A stretch of DNA of 64,000 bases from a virus: the IMG/VR virus record IMGVR_UViG_3300043958_000214; one strand, written 5' to 3'. The position numbers and the translations under genes are program-made. Under the pieces are notes generated by a model. The model made no database searches. It worked only from the letters and a program-made list of their open reading frames with translations, and was not told the origin of the DNA. Of this stretch, positions 54,046 to 61,713 are shown piece after piece (within the stretch, counting starts at the first letter, position 1; every line of letters starts with the position of its first letter).

Positions 54046-55091
54046 TGGGCGTCCGCCCTCCCGGCGGTCGTGGCGTTCTGGAAGGGGGTGAGGAGATGAC
54101 CGGTTCCCGGCGCTCCCCAGGCGACGACCTTCGGGGATCCGCTCTGCGCCCCGGTGAGGAGAAGATCGAGGTGCATTTCGGGAAGTGTGACGTTGTCCTG
54201 TTCGGTGACTCCCTGGCGGTCGATCTGCAGTGATACCTGAACGACCTCAGTGTCGGAGGTGGAGGCGTTGTCTTTGACCTCCTTGCCGCTGAGGAGGTAG
54301 GCGGCTCCGATGGATGTCCACTTGGCTTGGACGACGCCGGTGAGCGGAATGTAGGCGTGAGACGTGTCGGGGTCGCTGACCGCGGTACTCAATGTGGCTG
54401 GATCACCTGACGTGTAGGCGGAGACCCAGGCGGTGATCGCGTTTTGCACCGGTTGTGTCGGGCTGGTTGACACGCCGTTGGGCCAGGCCGCCTCGTCGAC
54501 TTGCATTGTGGCGTCGGTGGGCGCGTTCGGGGTGAGTGCCGGGTTCCCGACGGCTGATGCGCCCTGGCTGGGAAGGTAACCGACAAGCTGTTCAATCGTG
54601 TACGTGCGTGTCGGTGTCAGTTTGTTCCCGTTATCATCGAACGTCGCATCGACCTGGGCGGTGAAGGAGTGCACCCATCGCTGGGCGGATTCATTCTCTG
54701 AGGCGAGGAGTCCGTTGCCGGCGGCAGAGGACGCGGTCTCGATCTGTCGCGCTCCGTTCCAGGAGACGACGTGGGCTCCGGGCAGTGGGGCAGGATCCGT
54801 GCCGAGCCACCGCGAGACCGCGTCCACCGCTTCGGCTTTCCCCGGAGGATTGAGGATCTGTTGGGAGGACTGCGCTTGGTCGCCGCTGGTTGCGTCCCGT
54901 CCGAGAACGGACAGGCTCCCGACCGCCGTGATTGCGGAAAGAGAGAGGAGCACCCAGATGAGGCCCTTGTAGAACCGCGCTTTGCGGCGCTCCTTCCTGA
55001 TCGGATCGAGGCTCCTGCGCGGGCGTTCCTGGACGACGGAGGTCCCCCAGACGTCATCGTCATCCTGGGCGTTTCTCTTCCGGTGACTCAC
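54042..55091 (-). CDS. Bitopic membrane protein, TcpC/VirB8-like candidate
   Basis: Single N-terminal TM then two domains; sits upstream of the VirB4-like genes. Confidence 0.55.
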   Translation of the reverse strand: MSHRKRNAQDDDDVWGTSVVQERPRRSLDPIRKERRKARFYKGLIWVLLSLSAITAVGSLSVLGRDATSGDQAQSSQQILNPPGKAEAVDAVSRWLGTDPAPLPGAHVVSWNGARQIETASSAAGNGLLASENESAQRWVHSFTAQVDATFDDNGNKLTPTRTYTIEQLVGYLPSQGASAVGNPALTPNAPTDATMQVDEAAWPNGVSTSPTQPVQNAITAWVSAYTSGDPATLSTAVSDPDTSHAYIPLTGVVQAKWTSIGAAYLLSGKEVKDNASTSDTEVVQVSLQIDRQGVTEQDNVTLPEMHLDLLLTGAQSGSPKVVAWGAPGTGHLLTPFQNATTAGRADAQ

Positions 55092-55300
55092 CCGCGTTGA
55101 CCCCCTCCGGCGCGAAGCTGGGCGGCGGCCGATGCGGACACCGTTGGATCGAGGTCACCTGCGAGGACTTCGAGGATGTCGATCGCCTGGCCTGGTTCCT
55201 CCGCGAGCCATCGCCTCACGACGGGATCGGGATGCGACATCAACTTCCGCTCGCAGTCCTCGCACCGCGTGCGCCCGGTCGGCACGCGGTGTCGACAGGG
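55088..55300 (-). CDS. Small Cys-containing hypothetical protein (start uncertain)
   Basis: C..H...CEDC then helical tail. Confidence 0.4.
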   Translation of the reverse strand, partial: PCRHRVPTGRTRCEDCERKLMSHPDPVVRRWLAEEPGQAIDILEVLAGDLDPTVSASAAAQLRAGGGQRG

Positions 55301-55391
55301 CACCCACCGGCGCGCCTTGCCTCCTGGGGCCCTCTGTCCTGAGTGAGTGGAACCGGGGAGAGGGCGCCACGACTTGCACCGCGCCATCGGG

Positions 55392-55937
55392 TCAGGCTTT
55401 CGCTGCCAGCTCGGCGATCGAATAAAGGCGTGCGTCAACGGTCTCGTCAAGGCCTCGAACGGCCTTGACGAGGGCGATCGCGGCGTGGGCGGGCTGCGAG
55501 GGCACGCCGTCCAGGTCCGCGCCCAGCGTGCGGGCCAGCTTCCAGACCGCCTTGATGTCTGCCGCGTCCATCCCAGCGATGGTGACACCCGCGGTGAGGT
55601 CGTCCGAGGTGCGCACGACGGTCAGAGCCTCCAGTGACGTGGATGCCTCCTTCGACCCCTCCTGGATGGCGACCGCAAGCTCGGCGAGATCTGCCTTGCC
55701 AAACAGGCCGGCAAGTACCTCCAGGTCGTTCTCCGGGGCTTGGGTGAGCGCGATCGCTTTCGCGGCGACCGCGACAAGTTTGGCGTCGGCGCCCCGGCGA
55801 GACGAACTTGAGCGTTTCTTCCCAGACCTCGAGCGCTTCGGTTTCGCGTCACCGTCGTCAGACGCCTCGGGGGCGTCGCTTGGCCACGTCGGTTCGGTGT
55901 CGCTGCCTGATGTCTGGAACCGGTCCCATTCGGGCAT
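55392..55937 (-). CDS. Hypothetical protein
   Basis: RBS GAGGAGAG; 181 aa. Confidence 0.7.
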   Translation of the reverse strand: MPEWDRFQTSGSDTEPTWPSDAPEASDDGDAKPKRSRSGKKRSSSSRRGADAKLVAVAAKAIALTQAPENDLEVLAGLFGKADLAELAVAIQEGSKEASTSLEALTVVRTSDDLTAGVTIAGMDAADIKAVWKLARTLGADLDGVPSQPAHAAIALVKAVRGLDETVDARLYSIAELAAKA

Positions 55938-55979
55938 TGATGCTCTCCTCTTTCTACGGTGCGTCCTGTTCTGACCTAC

Positions 55980-56820
55980 CTATGCGGAGGCGGCGAGCTG
56001 CGACTCTCGGATGCGCATGAGTCGGAGCGCGTAGGCGGCTTGTTGGGGGACGACCCCGTTGCCGAGGGCTCGGAGCTGCTGGGGGCGCGGGATGTCGACG
56101 CCGGTCACCCAGCCGTCGGGGAGGCCCATCATCCACTCGACGAACCGCGGCGAGAGGCGCGGTGAGCCGTGCGCGCCCGGCTCTGTCGGCGCGGGAGCAG
56201 GGCGCCCGCAGACACGCTCCCAGCGCCGGATCGCGGGCGCGTACTCGCCGAACCTGTCCTCCGACGCGATGCCGTTCAGGAGGAGTTCGTCAGAGCGCGA
56301 GCCCGACCGGCGCTTGTGCCCTCCCTCGACGTCAGCGACCTGCGGCGTGGGCAGGAGCTTGTCGATGCTGTCCAGCCCGTAGCGCACCGCGGCCCCCTCG
56401 GACGGGGATTGATTGGACCCGTAGCGTCCTGCCGTGGGGGTCGGCAGGAGCGTCAGAGGCTCTCCGCCACGTCCGCGATCGACGGCTGATGACCCCCCCC
56501 CCCGCCCTGCGCTTCGCCGGCGGCTGCCCCCCACGGTCCTCCCCATCCCTGGCCGCTGGGGTAGGTAGTAGGCGCACATTCTCTGTGCTGGAGCCACCAC
56601 GAGTCGCCCTCGGGGTGTGCAACAACGAAAACTCGATACCTCTGGTGGGGTGCGCCGACATCGGAAGCGCGTACGCCCACCCACTGCGCGTCATACCCGA
56701 TTGAGGCCAGGTCTCCGAGAACGCGCCCGAGAGCGCGGAGAAGAGGTCCATCTGCGCGGACTCCCAGATGTCCCTCTCGGGACTCCATGAGGCTATAGGC
56801 GGGTGCTGAAAGGGCTCCAC
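55980..56820 (-). pseudogene. C5 DNA methyltransferase beta part (LLPTP repeats, motifs IX-X), out of frame at a G11 tract
   Basis: Frame from 56820 (SETWPQSGMTRSG..LLPTP) joins the frame ending ALGNGVVPQQA if one G is removed at 56493-56503 (841 to 840 nt). Confidence 0.7.
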
Positions 56821-57217
56821 GGACGTTCTCCCATACGACTAGATGCGGGCGGAGTGTGCCGATCGCTTTGATCATGGATTCCCACAGGCCCGAGCGCGTG
56901 CCAGGCCTCATGCCGGCGCGCTGCCCGGCCAGGCTCAGGTCCTGACACGGACTTCCGCCGGCGATCACGTCGACCGGCTCCACGTCGGCCCAGTCCACGG
57001 CGGTGACGTCCCCGAGATTCGGAGCGTCCGGGTAGCGCTGGGCGAGGATCGCCGGAGCGTTCCCGACCACGATCCCCTTCTCGTCGAGCTCGACGATGTC
57101 CGATACCCACGCCGTGCGAGCCGGGCCGAGGGCCATCTGCACGCCCATACCGAGACCTTCATAGCCGCTGAAAAGGGACCCGAGCTTGGGCGGTGGGATG
57201 GAAGCGGATGGGCTCAT
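56453..57217 (-). CDS. C5 DNA cytosine methyltransferase alpha part (motifs I-VIII)
   Basis: SLFSGYEG, GGSPCQD, ENV, QRYRVF. Confidence 0.85.
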   Translation of the reverse strand: MSPSASIPPPKLGSLFSGYEGLGMGVQMALGPARTAWVSDIVELDEKGIVVGNAPAILAQRYPDAPNLGDVTAVDWADVEPVDVIAGGSPCQDLSLAGQRAGMRPGTRSGLWESMIKAIGTLRPHLVVWENVRGALSAPAYSLMESREGHLGVRADGPLLRALGRVLGDLASIGYDAQWVGVRASDVGAPHQRYRVFVVAHPEGDSWWLQHRECAPTTYPSGQGWGGPWGAAAGEAQGGGGGHQPSIADVAESL

Positions 57218-57221
57218 GCCT

Positions 57222-57231
57222 TGTGTGTGCC
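57222..57231 (-). promoter_or_regulatory. Class-B motif (C5 methyltransferase)
   Basis: GGCACACACA-AGGC-ATG. Confidence 0.65.
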
Positions 57232-57259
57232 GCGACGGTCCGGGGCGGCGTGCAACACC

Positions 57260-57997
57260 TCAGTGCGAGCCCGCCGCCGCAAGACAAATGACTGTGAAGC
57301 CAAAGGCTGTAAGCAGGGACATGAGAATCTTCTCCCGACGCGACCCTGCGTCCCCAAGAAGGGGCAGGCCGATTTTGATCCCGGAGAATGGGAGGAATGG
57401 CTGAAGCATCTCAGTGGTCAACGCGTCGCCGACGAGGTGGACGACGTAGCCGACGATGAGCGAGTACGCGACCCACGAGCCTGTCGAGGGGACGAGGGTC
57501 CCCATAAGGAGCGCCAAGGCAAGCGCGCCCGCCCATCCGGCGATGGGTCCGAACTCGAACTTCAGCGCCCGCATCGCTAGGGAACCCGCCAGGAGAATGG
57601 TCGCCCCCAGGGTCCCGTTGAACGCGCCCCACGGCAATGTGATGACCCAGGACTGCCGGCATACCGTGAAGACGAGAGCAGCGAAGATGACAGTCCCGAG
57701 AACGCCATGAGTACCCTTCCGATGCCCGCCAGATATAGCCCCCACGGCGGTGGAAACGCCCTCCGTGATGGGTGTCAGGGAGTGAGAGATGGTCGAGGAC
57801 CTCTGATCGAGGTCGGGGGCGAGGGCGGCACCAGCGGCGAGCAGCCCGCACGTAGCCACGTACCGGGGTCCTGCAGGGGCTCCGATGAGGTTGGTCGCGA
57901 GGGTGAGGGTGCCCACGCGCGGAAGCGTACATGCGGCGGTGGTAGACAGGGCGACGCCGGCGACCAATCCGGACAACGCGTGCGATGGACCCATCAT
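57260..57997 (-). CDS. Membrane-bound metal-dependent hydrolase (YbcI/DUF457-like)
   Basis: SHA, PDLD, HRKGTH, HLVGD with TM segments. Confidence 0.85.
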   Translation of the reverse strand: MMGPSHALSGLVAGVALSTTAACTLPRVGTLTLATNLIGAPAGPRYVATCGLLAAGAALAPDLDQRSSTISHSLTPITEGVSTAVGAISGGHRKGTHGVLGTVIFAALVFTVCRQSWVITLPWGAFNGTLGATILLAGSLAMRALKFEFGPIAGWAGALALALLMGTLVPSTGSWVAYSLIVGYVVHLVGDALTTEMLQPFLPFSGIKIGLPLLGDAGSRREKILMSLLTAFGFTVICLAAAGSH

Positions 57998-58055
57998 GGT
58001 GGTGCTCCCCGTTCCTCGGCTGGGACCATCTATGCGGAAGGCCCCCTCGCCTTCA

Positions 58056-58066
58056 GTTGTGAGGCA
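58056..58066 (-). promoter_or_regulatory. Class-A motif core
   Basis: GCACG-N11-TGCCTCACAAC. Confidence 0.8.
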
Positions 58067-58097
58067 AGTGGGTCTTCCGTGCTCTGGGGCAGTACGG

Positions 58098-58418
58098 TTA
58101 CCGGACGGTGACGGAGCTTGCCGGGCAATAGGTACGCGTGACGTTCAGGTCGGGGACAACGTCGCGCGTGACACACCCCGAGAGGCCTATGGTGGCGCCC
58201 TCGTGGACGAGATCCGAAACATTCGTACCGGCGCCGGCGAAGATCGTCACGGAGGTGCGCGCCTCGCTGATGGTCAACAGGTAGGCGCCGTCCGAGGTAG
58301 GGCCCTCGACGCCCAGCACTTTGACGCCCTTCGGGTCGGCATCCGCAGCCGCACTGGCTCCCGGGACCGAGTCGTCTTGGGTGCCTGCCTGAAGCATGGA
58401 CACCGAGGTGCAGGTCAT
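58098..58418 (-). CDS. Small hypothetical protein
   Basis: 106-aa ORF; start uncertain. Confidence 0.5.
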   Translation of the reverse strand: MTCTSVSMLQAGTQDDSVPGASAAADADPKGVKVLGVEGPTSDGAYLLTISEARTSVTIFAGAGTNVSDLVHEGATIGLSGCVTRDVVPDLNVTRTYCPASSVTVR

Positions 58419-58453
58419 GCCGTCTGTGTCTGAAGGACCGGGCCGTGCCGGCC

Positions 58454-59092
58454 TCACACGGCCGGCGGTGTCCCTACGACGGCGGTGAGCGTGTTCGGAG
58501 CGATCTCGGTGAGGCCCGAGTCGTGGACCTCGATGCGTTCCGGCGCGACCGAGTGAACGTCGCCGACGGTGAGGCTGAGTCCCGGGCCCGCCTGCCACTC
58601 GTCCCGGACATGTTTCGGCGCGTGGAGGAGCCACAGGCACGCCGCGTGGGCGGCCTGGGCTGCGGCCTTTCCTGTGGTCATGTCTACGTCGCGGTTGATG
58701 ACGACGTGAGGGTGCGCCGCCGCTGTGGGGACGATGTACTCGTCCGCATCATCATTGTTGCGAAGGTCGAGTCCTGAGACCTGGAGTCGGGACAGATCCT
58801 TCGGCCATTCCGCGTAGGGGGTGGGGGCGAACGCCCACGCGGTCGCCCCGCCGACGGAGAACCGCACCTTGGGGATGTCGAGAGCGTCGATCCTGCGGGC
58901 TTGGGACTCCTTGGAAACCCGCCGAACCGACTTTGTGAACAGGCCGTGGACCCACGTGTCCCAGTACGGGGACTCGAGGTCCGGGGCGAGCGTGGCAAGG
59001 CCGGAGGCAATGGCGGCGGCCGCGATGGTCTCCAGGTGCGTGGTCGGCGCCACGACGATCGCCTGCACCGGGACGGTCGACTCAGCGCGCAT
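58454..59092 (-). CDS. Peptidyl-tRNA hydrolase type 2-like protein
   Basis: MTTGKAAAQAAHA and DSGLTEIAPNTLT. Confidence 0.85.
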   Translation of the reverse strand: MRAESTVPVQAIVVAPTTHLETIAAAAIASGLATLAPDLESPYWDTWVHGLFTKSVRRVSKESQARRIDALDIPKVRFSVGGATAWAFAPTPYAEWPKDLSRLQVSGLDLRNNDDADEYIVPTAAAHPHVVINRDVDMTTGKAAAQAAHAACLWLLHAPKHVRDEWQAGPGLSLTVGDVHSVAPERIEVHDSGLTEIAPNTLTAVVGTPPAV

Positions 59093-59273
59093 CGGGATCG
59101 TCTGCGAGTTCGTAGTCGCGCTGGAAGCGGTCTACGTTGGTGTTGCCCTCGCGTCTGGGACTATCGACGTGACGCCACCTGACACGGTCGCTCCAGAGGT
59201 TGAAGATCCTGACCAAGCGGCCTGTCCTCTTGCTGCGCCAGACCTGCAGGACGCCGATCTGCTGCGCCAGCAT
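59082..59273 (-). CDS. Small hypothetical protein
   Basis: 63-aa ORF coupled to both neighbours. Confidence 0.55.
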   Translation of the reverse strand: MLAQQIGVLQVWRSKRTGRLVRIFNLWSDRVRWRHVDSPRREGNTNVDRFQRDYELADDPDAR

Positions 59274-59857
59274 CAGAAAGTCCTCTCAGAGAGCACGCGA
59301 CGCAGGTGGCGCAGCCGGTCCAGTGACGCCTGGATGTCGGCGAAGGCTGTGTGGTCGGAGTCCGCGGCGTGCGGGTTGGCGACGTCCTCCCCCACCCATT
59401 CGTCGGCGAGGAACTGGACGGCCGACACGTCAACGCTGCGGTAGTGCAGGTGAGCCATCGTCTGAGGGAGGTAGACGTCCCCGAAGTTCATGTCAAGGCG
59501 GAGGCTGGATCCGGCCATGCGGGCCTGGCGGGGTTCCGGGGCGAACCGCCGGACGAAGGCGAGGAGAGCCTCGTCGACTTCAGCGAGCGGAAGGGCCTCC
59601 GAGCCCTGGACGGCCTGCCAGATGCCGTTGTCGGTGTGCATCTTCCGGACGAGCGGCGTCGCGCGGGCGTAGAGGCTATGAGCTTCCTCGGGCGTGTGGG
59701 CCACCAGTGCGTGGAAGTGCTCGTCGGTCAACTCCACCAGGTTGGTGTCGGTGACGATGGCCGCGACCTCCAGGAGTTCACAGTCCTTGGGGTCGAGTCC
59801 CGAGGTCTCGGTATCCACCCACAGGAGGATGTTCTGGTGGTCGGTGTCGGTGGTCAT
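59273..59857 (-). CDS. orn: Oligoribonuclease
   Basis: WVDTETSGLD, MHTDNG, HYRSVDVS, HTAFADI; an alternative start exists near 59947. Confidence 0.9.
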   Translation of the reverse strand: MTTDTDHQNILLWVDTETSGLDPKDCELLEVAAIVTDTNLVELTDEHFHALVAHTPEEAHSLYARATPLVRKMHTDNGIWQAVQGSEALPLAEVDEALLAFVRRFAPEPRQARMAGSSLRLDMNFGDVYLPQTMAHLHYRSVDVSAVQFLADEWVGEDVANPHAADSDHTAFADIQASLDRLRHLRRVLSERTF

Positions 59858-59952
59858 GCGGAGGTCCTCTGCAGCGTCGGTTGATGTCTCATGACAGTGT
59901 CCGCCCGTCCACCGGCACTTCCGCCGGCGGACGAACCAAGCTGACATCACCA

Positions 59953-59963
59953 GTTGTGAGGCA
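59953..59963 (-). promoter_or_regulatory. Class-A motif core (orn)
   Basis: GCGCC-N11-TGCCTCACAAC-N5-ATG. Confidence 0.8.
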
Positions 59964-60053
59964 AACCGGGACCTGGCGCTCCCTGGTGACGCGAGAGTGA
60001 GAGGCAGTCGTCAGTGCTGGGCTTCGAGGTTGTCCATGAGCGGGCCGATCAGC

Positions 60054-60935
60054 TCAGCCACGGGAGTTCTCCTTCTGCTCGGCTGCGATGCGTTCCATGG
60101 ACACCTGCGCGCCCTGGAATGCCCGCCCTTCCAGGCCATCCATGACACCCATGCCGCGTCCGTAGGCGGTCTCTGCGAACGTCTCGAGTTTCGCGCGTTG
60201 GTCGTCGCTCAACTGCGTGGGCCCGCCGGGCCAGTAGTTGTAGCCGGTCCCGTACAGGACCTCAAGCTCACCATCCCCGCCCTTGGTCACCACCAGACAG
60301 TCTTCTTCGTCGTCTCCGTATTCCAGCACCATGTCGGGCGAATCCCCGTCGTCCCAGACGAACTCGATCTCAGGGGCTGGCAGCCCCTCCGGATAGGCAG
60401 CGGGCGCGGGGTAGAATCTCGCGAAGGCATCGGAGCGAGCGTAGGTCTCTGCGTCGTCGGCGATGAGCCGCTTGACGAGGTCGGCGCGGTCCTCGGCTGA
60501 AAGGGACTTCGCTTGGGCGGTGAGTGTCGCCACGGTCGGTGCCTGCAGCGACCCGGGTTCGCTGATTGTCGCCGCAGCGTCACGCAGCCACTCGGCCTTG
60601 ACCAGGCGCAACGTGAAGCCGGTCATTTCCTCGTCGTCCCGCTTCGGGGCATCGTCAACCATGGCAAGGATCCGCTGGGCTGCCTGGGCGCGCACTCGCG
60701 CGTCGTGGGCGCCGACCATCGCGTCCCACCGTGCGGACGCGGTCTCGGGGTCTGTGGCGTCGTAGTACCCGTCGGAATGCTGAGCGTCCTCGATGTAGGT
60801 GGCGCGGAGCTCATCGAAGGGATCCTGAGAGTCGATCAGTTCCACGCCCGAATCCTCCCTATACTCACGGTTGCTGTACTGGCCGGTGTTGTCGGGGTTC
60901 TTCCCGCGGGGATGCTTGATCGGATCCTCAGCCAT
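60054..60935 (-). CDS. Hypothetical protein with HPRGKNP N-terminal tag
   Basis: MAEDPIKHPRGKNPDNTGQYSNRE; RBS GAGGAG. Confidence 0.75.
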   Translation of the reverse strand: MAEDPIKHPRGKNPDNTGQYSNREYREDSGVELIDSQDPFDELRATYIEDAQHSDGYYDATDPETASARWDAMVGAHDARVRAQAAQRILAMVDDAPKRDDEEMTGFTLRLVKAEWLRDAAATISEPGSLQAPTVATLTAQAKSLSAEDRADLVKRLIADDAETYARSDAFARFYPAPAAYPEGLPAPEIEFVWDDGDSPDMVLEYGDDEEDCLVVTKGGDGELEVLYGTGYNYWPGGPTQLSDDQRAKLETFAETAYGRGMGVMDGLEGRAFQGAQVSMERIAAEQKENSRG

Positions 60936-60946
60936 GATTGTTCTCC

Positions 60947-61687
60947 TCAGATGTCGGTGTCGGCCCAGCGGCCGATGGTCTGGATGACATTGTCGTAGTC
61001 GCCGGACGTGGCTTCGTCCATGAAGGCCGCGATGTCGTCCGCGGTTGCGCCGCCGCGACGAAGAGCCTTCATGGTCCGTCCGATCATGCCGGCCGCATTG
61101 GCGTCTTGGCCGAGCAGGTCGACGTGAATGTCCGGGAACCGGGGTCCCTCCTGCTCGGCGGTCGTCTCCTTCTTGCGGAGGACGACCCAGCCCTCGGCGT
61201 CGTAGGGTTTCTCTCCGTCTTCCTCGTCGAGTTCGGCTCGCTCGTCGTCGTGCATGTAGTGGGCTTCCGCGAGGACGTAGGTGCCGGGTTCGTCAATCAT
61301 CTTCTGCGCGAGCGCCCCGCTGAGGATCTCCGAGTTGTGCATGACGGGGCCGTTGTACCCGTACTGTCCGGTGTAACCGTCGGAGACGGCCTCCCAACCC
61401 GAGATCGAGGAAGCATCCACGCGCCAATTGTCATGGCCGACTTGGTACAGGTCGTAAGAGCCATCGAAGTAGACGGGTGAGTCTGAGATCGTGCCGTCGC
61501 CGTTGGAGACGATCGGGCAATTGAACTCGACGAGATCGTCGAGGGAATCCACCGTTACGGGCATTCGCGTCGGTTCGTTCCTTGCCAAAGTCACGCCCTC
61601 CGCCTCTGCGTGGTCCTTGGGGCTGTACTGGCCGGTGTTGTCGGGGTTCTTCCCGCGCAGGTGTTTCGACTCGTCATATGCGCTCAT
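60947..61687 (-). CDS. Hypothetical protein with HLRGKNP N-terminal tag
   Basis: MSAYDESKHLRGKNPDNTGQYSPK; C-terminal GQDANA...EATSGDYD domain common in phage ORFs. Confidence 0.75.
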   Translation of the reverse strand: MSAYDESKHLRGKNPDNTGQYSPKDHAEAEGVTLARNEPTRMPVTVDSLDDLVEFNCPIVSNGDGTISDSPVYFDGSYDLYQVGHDNWRVDASSISGWEAVSDGYTGQYGYNGPVMHNSEILSGALAQKMIDEPGTYVLAEAHYMHDDERAELDEEDGEKPYDAEGWVVLRKKETTAEQEGPRFPDIHVDLLGQDANAAGMIGRTMKALRRGGATADDIAAFMDEATSGDYDNVIQTIGRWADTDI

Positions 61688-61694
61688 GCTTCTT

Positions 61695-61705
61695 CTTGTG
61701 CGGCA
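61695..61705 (-). promoter_or_regulatory. Class-A motif, variant
   Basis: GCGCC-N11-TGCCGCACAAG-N7-ATG. Confidence 0.7.
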
Positions 61706-61713
61706 AGCCCTGG

